Below the pieces are notes generated by a model, which saw nothing but the letters and a program-made list of their open reading frames with translations, was not told where the DNA came from and did no database searches. A program made the position numbers and the translations under genes. Below are positions 25,810 through 39,107 of a DNA stretch of 64,000 bases, in pieces. Origin of the DNA: Botryllus schlosseri (taxonomy: Eukaryota); NCBI GenBank assembly GCA_051294905.1, contig CM119372.1, positions 32,180,001 to 32,244,000 of the forward strand, read 5' to 3'. Position 1 is the stretch's first letter. Every line of letters starts with the position of its first letter.

Positions 25810-26645
25810 CCAGTGAACTCGGCACTTAGTGAATTCGGCCGCACAAACTCGGCACTTGGTGAATTCGGCCGTGGTAGATCTCGTAGCGGTACCGGTCACC
25901 ATGATTGGTTACTGGAATGTTTGCCGGTGAACTTGGCACTTTGAGTGGTTGTCAATGTTGTACGGCGGTCAGGGCATGCGTAGATCACACAGTCACGGCG
26001 TGATTAGATCACAGATTGCGTAATTGCGGGAAATAACGCGACGCTCTTCACTTGGTGAACTCGGCCCTTGGAGGAATTGGCACTAGAACACCTTCGCATT
26101 AGAAATGCATTTAGTATGAATGAACAGTATCAAAAAGGAAATTTAAACGTGTCGTGGCTGGTGGTAGATCTCGTAATCTTGGGATCCTTCAACCGTGTTA
26201 TCGAGACACCCTAATCCCAGAGTGGAATCGTCTCTCCAAAGGCAAAAAATAATTTATTTTGACGTGATCATGCGAAACATTTGTTGATGAGGAACACTGG
26301 CTTGTCGTGATCGATAAAAGAAGAAGCGCCGCTTGATGTTCCACAGTTTTGATCTCACATACAACGCCAAGATCCATCTTCTCAAAACTTACACGACACA
26401 GGCCCGTGACTCACGCCATCGATTCCAAGCAGACCGCGCGTGGTCGGTATATTAGCGCTGTGTTATTTACGCAATCCGTGATCTAATCACGCCGTGACTG
26501 CGCGATCTACGGATGCCCTGACCTCCTTACAAGATTGACGAATCACTTGATAATACTATTATTAGTTTGATAATTCATATTAATAGCTGTAAATACACTT
26601 CATTTCAAAATTTCCCGAGGGCCGAATTCACCAAGTGCCGGGTGC
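25810..26645. repeat. Concentric inverted repeats (MITE relic)
   Basis: GGCACTTGGTGAATTCGGCC (tandem, ~25820-25870) vs GGCCGAATTCACCAAGTGCC (~26620-26640); AGTCACGGCGTGATTAGATCAC (25991) vs GTGATCTAATCACGCCGTGACT (26478). Confidence 0.65.
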
Positions 26646-27257
26646 ATCGGCAACCATCTGCCCACTTACAGCACGGCCCACTCCTGGGCTTTTTAAGACA
26701 TGGCTATGCGAATCAGATGGGGAGGAGGAGCCTAGATAAACGGCCAACACTTCGGTAGGAATTATGGAGTCGACGTGTCACGCTAGAACCCACAATTCAT
26801 TGGTGTTTAGCTATAATGGAACGTACCACTACGTTTCCTCGCCATACCTTGTAAAATGAGACCATAGCATTTGGCATTTCGTGTGGCAATTGACTTTTGT
26901 GTGGATAATTGTGTTCGTTTTAGAACTTATCCGAAACTTTTATTCCGTCATAGATTGTATATGATAAAACAATATCGGAATTGATCCTAGAAGAATTCCA
27001 AAGCAACTCACCACAAAGGAGGATTTAAAGAAGTTTGCAAGAGATGTGGTATGTTGAATCTGCTTTGGTATTTTTAAATAGGCCTACTTTGTTGTGCCGA
27101 TAGCAGACAGTATATATAAACGTAAGATGTGGAAGCTGTCAAGGTGTTTTTAGAAATTCAGTCAGTCAAAGTGGACGATCGTATTGCTTGGATTATATTT
27201 AGGCTTATTTTAGCATCTTTGAGATGCAACTCTAAACGTGGACGGTCATGAACAGTA

Positions 27258-27919
27258 GGGCTCTTCAAAAATGACTTTTTTCCTCAAATCGTTCTGGCTA
27301 CTTGATAAAATTGTTAGGTTACCTAATTTAAGCCTACAAACAAAATATGGTTTAAATCCAGCCAGTATCCGCTTTGCTACAAGAGAAGAAAGTTCCTATT
27401 TATTATATAAAAATGAATAATAAAAAATTTGAAGATTTTCTGTTAACCCCATGAAAGTGTTAGGCTGTCTATAGAAACGATGCTCACCAAATTTGGTTCA
27501 ATTCCAACCAGTGGAAGCGAAGTTATTGCTGTCGAAAAATTTGGATTTTAATAAAATAGTACTTACGGTGAGCACAACTTTAATAAGTAAACAAAGAATC
27601 GGTCACCGTAAATACTATTTTATTCAAATCCAAATTTTTCGACGGCAATATCTCCGCTTCCACTGGTTGGAATTGAACCAAATTTGGTGAGCATCGTTTC
27701 TATAGACAGCCTAACACTTTCATGGGGTGAACAGAAAATTTTCAAATTTTTATTACTTATTTATTTTTATATAATGAATAGAAACTTTCTTCTCCTGTAG
27801 CAAAGCGGTTACTGGCTGGAATTGAACCAAATTTTGTGTTTAGGCTTAAATTAGGTAACCTAACAATTTTATCAAGTAGCCAGAACGATTTGAGAAAAAA
27901 AGTCATATTTTAAGAGCCC
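27258..27919. mobile_element. Fold-back (near-perfect palindromic) MITE with TA TSD
   Basis: ~310-bp arms with a ~30-bp loop (~27572-27602); ends GGGCTCTT / AAGAGCCC flanked by TA; decayed relative near 46355-46770. Confidence 0.9.
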
Positions 27920-30871
27920 TAATGTCCATGTCAGAGAAACGTTTTAGGGTAGGCCTACTCATATGTCTCGCAGCGTTCTCTACATAATTGTCAATTGCGA
28001 TACAAACTGTTTGCTTGTATTGGTAAAGCCATCCAACTTCGAATTGTAAAATGTTGGGAGTCTTGATATCAAATTTTTGAAAGGTGCACTTTGAGAAGAT
28101 TTCGGAATCTGTCAAATTATACAATAATTTAGCAAATTCTTTGACATATTTCATCTATTTGGGACTCGATCAACGTAAAAGAATTGGTAATCATTTTATA
28201 CAATATATTGTATTTGTAGTTGAAGTATAGTAATAATTCTTATGGTTACCGCACTTGTAACGATTCACGGCCATAACTGGAATAATTAGAATGATGTAAC
28301 TTTCAAATTGTCATGCATTTTGCAACAACATTGTTCTCAATTTTCAAGGTGCTGACCATTCGAGGAAGAATCACCCACCGGGAATTCACGATCCGTAAAC
28401 GCGGCCGACTGTTTCTCTCCTCAAGCGGAAGCGACAGGGAAGAGGAACGAAGAGAAAAAAGGAGCAGAAATAGCAAGAGTGTGACAAGTCGCGTCTGTTC
28501 GCTTTAATGCGTATTTCCATCCGCGAAGTAGTAGGTGGGAAAACTAATGGGCGTTTGGTTAGGGCTTATATAAGGTTGACTCCAGCGCTGTATTTGCTAA
28601 ATGTTGCTATGAAATAGGGGTGGTGTCATTTGGTATCAATATTGACTATTGAAAGACCATTTGTTAGTGGTCATGGATTTGTTCGGCCAGTATGCAGTAA
28701 TTTCTGATGGTCACTTCCCGGGCTTCTGTTCTCTAACCCCTCATGATTGTTATTCTGCTTCTAGTAAGACTGTCGATTCTAATGTTTTATCGTATCATTT
28801 GTCGGAGGTTTCGCTCGCTTTATTTACAACGTTTTGCTCTCTGCTAGGTCAATTACTGGCTGAGTATCACTACAGCCTAAGAAACTGCACTAATTCTCAT
28901 TTTAATGTCTTGCTGGTTATCTTGCTGTCAATTCTAATAATTTATTAATGTCTATACCAGTGCCGCCACTCAAATGTTTTGTTCTCTGTACATAATATTG
29001 TTAGGTCTTCAGCTTTCCAGGCAGAGTATCATTCCACTTTCTAGACTTGAGTATATATCTCTCCAACTAGCTGCCAAATAACTGATTCATTTGGATTGTT
29101 GAATTGATCATTTTGGACAGAATGTGAAGAAATTTTAGTCAAGAATTCTTTTTGTGTTAGTGGCTGTTTTCAAAGAGTGCTGAAGTAGTCATCGTTGATC
29201 TTGATAATCAAGTAGAAGTGACGATTGAAGTCAGTTCTCTAGTCATATAATATTTAAAAATATAATAATAAAACTTGAAAACTTGAGTGGAAATAGTTCA
29301 GAATCGAATCCATTTTAGTAAGTATGGGCGAAAAAAATGTAGGACTCATTCGTTAGTCGCTACCTCTGCCATTTTCGCAGTACAAATGTCTTAGCTATTA
29401 ATCATCATTTTCATTTTATTTCTGCAGGGTGTTGAAAAAAAAGGCCGCATGCTTGTTATTTAACTGGCTCATCAGAAGATGAAACCTGATGATAAGGACT
29501 GTTTTCACTTTCTTTCTAAAGACATTCGTTCGTTTGTTCGTTTTATTTTTTACAACGGCATTATTGCCAATTCGTTTGAAATTAAATTATCACAAATGTG
29601 ATTAATATGTAGTAAATAATGTGGTGTGTGTACGCAGCCGTGATCAGGTTAAGCCCATAGTGGTAGAAAACAGGTTATTATATCAGGATCTTCTTCTTCT
29701 AACGTAGGATCTACATTCTACTCACCATGTTTAAAGGCTGTAGCATCTGCATAATATTTACATTATTGAAGGACATGGAAAAGACGTTGAATTGAGTCGA
29801 CACAAAATCCCCCTTTCTACGACCTGCCGAGATCTAATATCTACTATATCGGCTCGGCTTTTCTACATCTTTGGTCTGTACTGTGTTTGCTGGGTGGATT
29901 ATGTTGACACTAATACAACACCAACTGGGCGTATCAAAGGGTTCATTTTTCGCAATTTGTAAATTTTTGCCGGTGATCTCCCTCGTCCTGTAAGAGGCTG
30001 TCAGCCTGTTTTCAGCCAATCGGTATGAACACAGGGTAGTACTTATGTAATTTAATCATACGCTATGCTGCATTGTTAACTATTTTACCATTATTCACGA
30101 ATTCCCGAGCAGTCTTTAAATGCGAATCTAATATGCCATTCTAACAATGAAAGACTCAATCAAATCACTGGTGCTTTACATTCATAATATCAATAATGTA
30201 CCAATATTCCATTACAATCAAATCAACTAATAAAAACCTGACATAGGTCTTTGTCGCCGATGAATAGGTTTACAGGAGGTTTTTGTGTCACGAATTTACA
30301 TGAATGATAAGATGAATCGTTCCTCATTTAATACTCCTCTGATCGTGGTCAGATGGACCATAGAAGCTATTAGGAGTGATTAGGGGAATAGATAGATAGG
30401 CTTGAAAGTTAAAGTCAGACATGAAAAAAAGAATAAACATAACTGCCATAAAACCTCCACCAGCATCAAGTGGCGAATGTGAACTTTCGGAGAGCTAGCC
30501 TAATCTAGACCTTCCCAGACAAGTGACCCTCCCCACAACACTGATTTTGTAGTCGCGCAGTCATCGTCTGATCAATCATCTAAATTTGTGACTCTCAAAG
30601 TTCCAGTAAACTTATCCATCAACGACAAAGACCTATGTCATGTTTGGATTTGATTGGTGAATATTAGTTCATACTTGTCGAACACCATGGGTTGAGGCTT
30701 TCAGTTTTAGAATGGCATAGCGATCCGCATTTCATGAGTGCTCTGGTATTCATGAATACCGATCAAATAGTTATTGATGATGGTGAGCGTATGAGATATT
30801 ATGTAACGACTACACTGTGTATACCGAATGACAGAAACAGCCAGCCAGTCTCTTATATACAGGGTTGCCAT

Positions 30872-32323
30872 TAGCGTTGGGACCCCGGGAAATCCCGATC
30901 CCGGGATCCCGGGATTTGAAGCAATCCCGATCCCGGGATTAATCGCAATGAAATCCCGGGATTTATAAACAGCATCTACCAAGGCTTATGTAGCGTCATG
31001 TCTCTTATTTTGGTAATGAAGCAGTGTTACAAACTCGTCTGATTGTCTAAAACAATTCACAATTATATGATAATAAAACCAACTATGGCATAAAATGAAC
31101 TGCACAATCACTTCCGTCGTAGTGTACGGATCGTAGCAGTGTAACTCAGTATCGGGGCGTTGCAAAGACGGTGATGTGGAGGTGAAATACAGGTCGGGAT
31201 AATAGCGAATTTTGAAGATGTCAGTGCGACGAAAAAATCAGTTGTGTGGCAAAATTTTTTGTTTTGTAAATCTACAGAAAAAGCCAAATGAAACTTGTTT
31301 CAAGACGTTTTGAAAGCTTCAGGGTTTAGCACAGCGGTTCCCAACGTAGACGATATCGCCCCATAGTGGGCGATTTTGAAAAATAGGGGGCGATTGGGGG
31401 GCGAAAATCTTAGGACGTTCAGTGAGATATATTTAATCAACACGGCCAAAAAATGCACGTGAACATGGCTTATTCTGCATACGACGCCAAAGTTGACGAA
31501 AAAATGGTCAACTTAACGGCGGAAACCGGTTTTTGGAGCACCTACTCGGAAAAATTACCTTTTTATTTACTAAATTCTTAGGCGATCAAAGTAGTTAGGT
31601 GAATGAATTTCCCGTTTATATGTACTCTTCTTCGGATCCGTAAATATGGGGCGATAGGGGATATGGGGCGAAAATATGTGTCGAAGTTGATGAGGGGGCG
31701 ATGAGTCGAAAAAGGTTGGGAACCACTGGTATAGCACAAAGGGACCGGTAACGTATTTAAGGCCCGTACACGTGGTAGTAATTAAATCAATCCGCATGAC
31801 TCAATCGGGCATGTCATAGAAACATCATTCCTTTTACAAATCGCATAATCCTCGGTTCGATGAACTTATTATAGCCAGTTAACTGCTGTAGACGGGCTAG
31901 CATTTAAACAAATTGCTCCAAAGTGAGCAAATTCGTCGGGCCTTCAAGGCTGACGGCTATAACTTGCCAAGATGTCACAAACGGGTTCGGGACTTCGTGA
32001 TCGAGCACAAAAAAAATCCGCAAGTGTGTGGAAGAAGAGCTTATGGCAATGTAACGGAATGATGGACGTTTTTCGATCACGTTGGACAAATCAACGCCTA
32101 CCCGAAGCAGGCGGTACATAAATTTAAACGCTCTTATCCGGGTGGCTTTCGATCGCTGCGTTTCATTCGTATTCACGGGAGCATGTTTTTGCGTCAACAT
32201 TAAAAGGAATAAATGTTGTCTGTGTAGCTGGTATGCGCATTTTGCTACTTTGCCAATCCCGGGATTGAGGAGCGAAAATCCCGATCCCGGGATTTGAAAT
32301 TTTATCCCGAAGTCCCAACCATA
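30872..32323. mobile_element. hAT-type element with ATCCCGGGAT repeats, inserted at the host's left TIR
   Basis: Ends TAGCGTTGGGAC / GTCCCAACCATA; perfect TSD GTTGCCAT. Confidence 0.88.
31332..31728. mobile_element. hAT-type MITE with GGGGCGA repeats
   Basis: TIR CAGCGGTTCCCAAC / GTTGGGAACCACTG; TSD GTTTAGCA / GTATAGCA; truncated relative starts at ~12067. Confidence 0.85.
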
Positions 32324-32869
32324 GTTGCCATACCGTCCTTATTTCTAAGATTTGTCCTTATTTTGAAGGTCCACGTCTTAGAAAACTCAACTGTCCTTAT
32401 TTCTAAGAAATGTCCTTATTTTCGACTTGCGTCCTTATTTTGTCTTAATTTCAACCACTACAGAACTTCGATCGTTTTCATCTGGTATTTGTGTTGCATA
32501 ATATTCATAAAGTATGCTTTTGTGTCGAGATTTTATGACATCATAAAGGAAAGGAACTCTCGTGACGTACACCCCATAAGATTAGACTTCTAAGTGGTGA
32601 GATAGCTCGGGCCGTGAGTACCAATCTACCACGGCGGACGTCATTTTAGCAGTAAACAGCAGTACCAGGTTCCTGCTGTTTGGTCTACAGCAGAATAAGC
32701 TGAAGCTGTGGGGAAGGCAGCATTTATTGCGTAGTGAAAAAAGGCGCAGTGCAGTCGACACATTGGTTAATAAGTAGTAAAGCTATTAATCATTGATAAA
32801 TTTTTCTAAATCATATTGCACTTGGGCACATAGTTTTAGCTACTAATAAGGCTAAATCTGATTAGTAAA

Positions 32870-33290
32870 AATGAACGGGCGTAAAAACGTTTTTCGTGAC
32901 GATTATGAGAGAGAATTCAAAGATATCTAACGAAGTTTGAAGGGCGAGTGTTTCGCACATAGCAATATTTGCAATTGTGACATCAACCTGTAGGCCATAA
33001 GAAAGACCGCTATTTCAACTCACATTGATACCCAAAAACACAAGGAGTGTGTCATAATGATTAATTTGAGCCAGTCGATGAATAATTTTTCCACAAGTCG
33101 ATCAGCACCAACGACCACAGACGACGAGGCAGCTGCTGCAGAGGGTATCTGGGCATTCCATACTGTCAAACACCAGCAATCATTCCTCACCAACGATTGC
33201 ACATCGCAATTGTTCAAAACAATATTCCCCAATTCCACCATCGCAAATAAGTTTTATTCGGCCAGGACCAAGACTACAAGCATTGTTACT
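32870..33290 (+). pseudogene. hAT transposase N-terminal relic (BED-like zinc finger and following helical region)
   Basis: ...NICNCDINL*...ISTHIDTQKH and AAEGIWAFHTVKHQQSF...LFKTIFPNSTIANKFYSARTKTTSIV; in-frame stop; cut by a SINE. Confidence 0.7.
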
Positions 33291-33542
33291 CGAGCGAGAT
33301 AGTGTAATGGTTATGCGTCCGGCTTCTCGAGCGGTAGGTCGTTATTCGATCCCCGGCCGGGTCATACCAAAGACTCAAAAATTGGTTTCCGCAGCTATCC
33401 TGCTAGGCGCTCAGCAATCACGGATAGCATGGAGGAGAAAAAAAAACGGGGGCGCAGACTAGATGACCTCATGGGGCCGTATCGCAACTCCGTCGTCAAA
33501 GCATCTCGATGGTGCAGGCGAAAAAGAATATCATATCTCTTG
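33290..33542 (+). mobile_element. tRNA-derived SINE (family S1)
   Basis: A-box TAGTGTAATGG, B-box-like TTCGATCCC; body homologous to 2231-2490. Confidence 0.8.
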
Positions 33543-35954
33543 CTCCATACGCTCAAAAATGATTTTGTCTGAACATGGTGTAGGCTTACAGCCTTTTTTC
33601 ATCTTGGCTGACTCCTCTAATCACAACGAGGTGGAGAAGTTTGCTTTATCACCCTATGGGGGGTCGGGGCACGACCAACGTTTTTTTGGGGGAGGGGCTG
33701 ACGAAGTGCTGTTTCGGCCCTGAGTAAAGGTAAACCTAGAGCTGAGCTCTCGTGAGATCCATGAAGCACTTTCTAATAACAAGGAGTTGCTTGAGCAGAT
33801 TGTTTCTGGCGAAAAGTATGGAATGTGATATGCCACGGCTTGTATAAATGCAAAGTAAGTTCAAAAACGTTTTTTTATGCTAATCTAATTTTTCGACTGT
33901 CCTTATTTTTGGGTCTATGTCGATGGCAACCCTGCTTATATATCATCGGTAAAGATTTAAAATTTTCGAAATATCAATCCTTTCATATGCTTGATTGCTG
34001 TTGTACATTTGCCAAGCTATAAATTTTATCCACTTCTTTATTACTCTTGTTTCATTTCGTTATCGATTTGGTTGTTATGTTGTTACGTATCACTCAGTAA
34101 TTTGATTTTTATAATTTAACTGTGCGACTGGATTGTTCATTTATAGTGATATTATTTTACCTGGTGAATCGTGCAAAATGATGATTAGTCTGAGTTAGGT
34201 TTGAAGATTTCTGAGGCGGTATCCCAGTATGCAACATGAAAATGATGTCCTGGACTCAAAATAATTTCCACAGTGAGGTTTTAGATAACCCCAAACCCTA
34301 ACAACTGCAGAAACCCTGGTATTTCTTACATTTGGTAGTCTAGGTAAAATCGCGACAGTCAAATTGCAGGGGAATCACCCATTTTCAGCTGAGATTCTTT
34401 CAGCTCAACATGCACAATTGCACATGCACACATATGCAAGGGATGAATTACAGAAGAAAAGTAGCTAATATGCGATTTTGAGATATACGGGATGGGAAAC
34501 GGCATGGAAACCACAACTTTTTGAAAGTCGGTCAATTCTGAACAACCCTACCACCCATGGCGTCAGAAATAAGTGAGGAATGATTGGATACGCACTTCAC
34601 AGTTTGTTATCATCGGTTTGGTGTATTTATTCGTGTATGCTTTTCTACTCTCGTGTCTCTGAATTATCACGGAATGTGACTTGTGAGAGCGTAGTCTAAT
34701 TAGTTACTGATAGGGTGCATTGTGCAGTACAGGGCATCGAATTGAGTTGTCAACTATTGATGCAATACCTGATTCTCAGTGATAGGCTACTAATTCTGAC
34801 TTTATTCGGGTATTTTAAACGTGGACTCTCTATATTATCGACACTGGACGGACTGTCAATGAACGAACCAACATCGAATTTCAAACCTTCGGCATTTGGT
34901 GGAAGGGAGAATTCTACAGATAAGGTCGTGACATGAGCTCATATTGCTCATGCTGCATAATTGCACCATTTCAAGGTTAAATGCGGCTGCATGGCTTGAT
35001 ATTAATTAGTGCATTGCCAGTATTAAGACGTCACATCAGTGTTTCAATGATGTACACATCAATGAAATGGAGTAAAGTGCGTATAACACGTCATGGACAG
35101 GCGATATGAAGTAATTATGACGTCACAGGATCTAGTGTACCCACGCAAAATGACGGTTCGTCCCGACGGCCCCTATGCGTTCATATCTGCAACGGTTGTT
35201 ACTCACTACTGACTGACAATTCCATCGTTCTCGGAGCCGGAGCAGTGGTATCAACGAGCTCCGAAGCTGGAGCAGGATGTGATTCATCTTAGAAAATAGC
35301 GTCGGAGTTGGACCTGCGGAGCAGTTTAAAATTTGCTCCTGCTCAAAAGCCCGTTATTACCCCACATTGACATATTCATGATGATAAAACATGACTTGTA
35401 GATGATTCGCGACTGAAAATTGTGACTTAGACTTGGACGAGAACTGTCGTAGAATTACTATGACCGGGACTAACTAAGTGACTTCGAAAATGCAGGGAGC
35501 GTAAATGCACATCGTTACGTCAAGTTCATGTCACACGGATGAGGCTATTTATGAGCCGAAATGACGTTCCGCACCAGCAGGTTGCACATTCGGAGGTTTT
35601 CAACCTTTTATGGTCGAGACTCCATTTCCAATTTGAAACTGTTCCATGACCCAGCTCGGAATTTGATACGCTGATCACTATAAAGGTAAGCACCTTTGCC
35701 CAGACTTACTCACGGCCTATTTTGAAAGCAGATTACGTTCAACACCTTCCCCATTCCCAGAATAAAGGCAAAACTCAAACAGTTTTAAAACCACTGTCTG
35801 GACTCACGCATCCAAACGGCCTTGACGGACTCTAGGAATATGCCGTTACCTTATAATTGCGATTACACTTAGACAGTGGTTATTTTTATCTATTTTTGAA
35901 TGCATTTTTTGCTAGGGCGGTGGACCCCATATTAATCTCAATAATGAAACGCTT

Positions 35955-36308
35955 AGGAGTACAGAACCTCATAACACATTTGAATTAAATATTCATATTT
36001 ATTCCCGAAGCTTTTCGGCTGATCCTCGTCAGGGGATATCGTCAGCAATATTGCGAGAATTCGAATAACTATGTTCAACAACAATATATATCGCTAATTA
36101 TGACGTCACACAGAAAATATACAAAGTTAGGAAAACGAGAGAACTGAAGCGTTGGCATGGAGATAGCGAGGCAAAAACAAGTTAATGCGCGATTTTCAAA
36201 TGATACACAAATTCTTTCTGTTGGCATAAACTAGGTTTACTCATAGTGATGATGGTGGACTCAAGAACAGACAAATGAAACAAATTGCGACCCTTAGCCA
36301 ATATAGTC
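35955..36308 (-). mobile_element. 5'-truncated Penelope-like element 3' end (second subfamily)
   Basis: Minus strand encodes ILAKGRNLFHLSVLESTIITMSKPSLCQQKEFVYHLKIAH*, homologous to the GIY-YIG C-terminus at 56015; homologous 3' UTR. Confidence 0.85.
36003..36036 (-). ncRNA. Minimal type I hammerhead ribozyme
   Basis: UCCC-CUGACGA-GG(AUCAG)CC-GAAA-AGCU-UC-GGGA: core boxes, stem I UCCC/GGGA, palindromic loop 3. Confidence 0.8.
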
Positions 36309-36977
36309 CCTACCAGAAATGAATATAAGTAGTACAATTTTACCATTATGTGCGAAAACACCTAATTTGCGTACATGAAGTCAAAATTTGGTCAAAATCA
36401 AGTTGTTTCAGGTCAAAATCTTCCGAATTTTAGGTAAAAATATCGCCCTAGTTATTACACCTCACATAGCTCATACACGTGAGTATGACGTCATAAACGG
36501 TGAAAACATTTTTACCGCCTACGGCGTGCGTAAATTATGTAGGTGGTACGCGAGCACTGCATAAAACCTCGAAGTGGTACGTGGGTGGAGAAAGGTTGGG
36601 AACCACTGCTATAGACTATATCTCATAATTTGACAAACCATGCATACTCTCTACCAAGTAGGTTACAACAACAATTTTACTCAAATATTTATAAATGTGA
36701 TTATTGCTGTGTCAGGCGTTCATTGAAACAATAGTAAATCACATTTTCACGATGTGTGTGGAATGTCAGTCTGCAAGGTCGGCGCTCTTTCACTGGGGCA
36801 ATTTCATCCCGCCAAATAAGGCATATATACTTAATAACATTCAATAATCGTATTGATGCTACGTCTCGCGGTGTCATCGAAACGAGGACATTGATCCCTG
36901 AGCAAATTTCAGTTTGAGACACCTCATATACAGCGTTTTACAGAGCAGACCTGTGCCGAGGATATGGTCTAATATAC

Positions 36978-37250
36978 AGTGGTAAGATAGCGCAGCGGTA
37001 TAATGAGCGGCTGCAACACCAATGGGTGCGGGTCCGAGTCCGACCGAGGTCGACTTCCGAATTTCGATACCTAAGTGGTGGAGATTTACCTAGGCACCCC
37101 CTCGCCACCTCATCCGCGTCAGCGGTGTCTTACAAAAGCCTAGAGGTGGGTCGTGCTATAAGTCGGCAGTTACGGAAAATAAGAAGAATATCGGCCTGGT
37201 GTAAATGACCATAGTAGTCGACAAACACCATGAATACCCTAAAACAATAT
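36978..37250 (+). mobile_element. tRNA-derived SINE (family S2), near full length
   Basis: A-box TAGCGCAGCGG, B-box-like GGTCCGAGTCC; body shared with copies at ~13600, ~26660-26815 (minus) and 43095/55032 (minus). Confidence 0.78.
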
Positions 37251-38197
37251 GGTCCAATATCACCAAGACGCGAGGTCGCGTTATTTATAGTAGTAATTCG
37301 ACTTCTGGGAGACATTCCTTTTCATGTATAGTGGTATACGGAATATCTGCGATAACTTCACAATGTCTTGAGTCCATTTCGCATTTTCCTACAACAGATT
37401 TGACATTTGGAGCTCGCCAGTATCGGATAACATTGACGCAGTGAATCTAGTGGTTTCGCACTGACGAGCCGTATCATTACACTGACTGCACTCTTCTCAC
37501 AACTCCGCAAATGAACGACAACACACGTTTTCTATCCCTGACTAAGTGTGTCCTATCAGCTTATATGCACTCACCGCTAAGCTTCAGATTGGAATTTACA
37601 AACGTTGTGCGAACTATTCGACGGACACCTCGGTATGAGACTGCCTGAATATTATTCTATACATAAGCACATTGAAGGTACAGATAATTGATATGGACGT
37701 GAGATAACAATGGTTCCACCGCGAATTCAAGTACCGCGCTTGACTCGTTTCGTTAAGCTCCTAGCTTAAAGGATACTGTATACTTAGAACGAAGGCAAAG
37801 TACTAAATGAACTACCGTGAGAGCCAAAGATGAATATTCGTGAAAGAATATCGATTTGACGTAAAAAATTTCAAGATTACAAAATTAACTCACTCCTAGG
37901 GTGACGCATGTATTGTAAAAACGTGTGTGATAGGGCACCTGGGGTGAATATGCTGGTAGCTCCGCGTACCGTTATGATGTGGCAGCCTGCATTCGAAATA
38001 ATTCCAATCTCACAACATAATTCACAGTGTGATCACATTAATAGCTAGGAATGGTTCACGTTTCAACTTCGCATCATTCAAAAATAATTTGATAAAAATG
38101 AGAAAACCATGATATTACCTAAGAAAAGACCGAGTTCTGCCTTACATCATACACATCACATTCAATGTAACATTCGTTTCATCATAGTGTCCTAAAT

Positions 38198-38546
38198 TCG
38201 GGTTACAAAACGTTTTTTTGGGATGATTCGTCCTCCTGTTTGAGGTTTTTCAAAATGTCCTCCGAGGACGCCTAAATGTCCTCCTTTTTGACAATTTGTC
38301 CTCCGGAAAAGCTTTTTTTTTAGCCAAGACCATGGATAGATTCGAGTAAAAATGGGCATAAATGACACTAAACCGAAAGTTCGCGGTTCGAAGGTAAGCG
38401 ACGACCTGTTTTTAGTCAACCAGCGCAAAATGTGGAAGAGAAACTGTATTTCGAGAGTTGAGCCGGAAAGTTGACCCTTTTTTAGTCAAGTCAGTAAATT
38501 TTGAAAAACTGTCCTCCTTCCCCTAGTCCAAAATACGGTTACCCTA
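38198..38546. mobile_element. hAT-type MITE with TGTCCTCC repeats
   Basis: Degenerate TIR TCGGGTTACAA / GGTTACCCTA; CCTAAAT duplicated on both sides. Confidence 0.6.
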
Positions 38547-39107
38547 CCTAAATGGTGTTGACACAGCGAGAATTAACGGATTTGCGGCTATTTTTGACAG
38601 GTTTGTCGACCGCAAAATTGTACTGATTACGAAAATATAAATTGTATTCTGCTCATTGCCCTGGAACACTCCAAAATCAGCCTCGATTTTTGCATTGTTA
38701 TGGAGTTATGCATGGTGACGCAACAATGCTGTCTGACAAAACGAGAGTGCAGCTTAGGAGCAGGAACCGGACCGAATTGTTGCGTCATAGTGCAAAACTG
38801 ATTTTGGGGGTTTCCATGGCAATGAGTTGAATAAAAATTGTATTTCCATAATCAGTACCGCAGCAGCTTTCCATTGAGACCCGTTTCATCAAATTTAGAG
38901 CTCGGCAAGCAGGTCAAAATGGCCGTAAAAGTGCCTTTGGCAAAAGGGAAAGGGTGACGTGACCCAAATGCAGTAAGTCGTTCATTCTAGCTGCGTCCAC
39001 ATTCCACACTCCACACTCCACACCACATTATGGTGTCATACTGCTAGCAAACCGCCGGCTCAAATATTTGTCGTGGATCACTGCGTCGCAATCCAATGTC
39101 CTACACT

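Larger units (their letters stand above)
24302..29894. mobile_element. CMC/EnSpm-like DNA element, 5.6 kb, with nested insertions
   Basis: TIR CCCAGCAAACACA / TGTGTTTGCTGGG; 2-bp TG duplication; subterminal repeats (AATACGTAG.AGGATG on the left, inverse-like on the right); no intact transposase ORF. Confidence 0.7.
30860..33934 (+). mobile_element. Deleted hAT transposon with GTCCTTATTT subterminal repeats
   Basis: TIR CAGGGTTGCCAT / ATGGCAACCCTG; perfect TSD CTTATATA. Confidence 0.88.

Noticed and set aside
33290..33365. tRNA genes (also ~2420-2490 and ~36978-37055)
   Set aside because: A/B boxes are present but no convincing cloverleaf; each continues into a shared repeated body, so these are SINE heads
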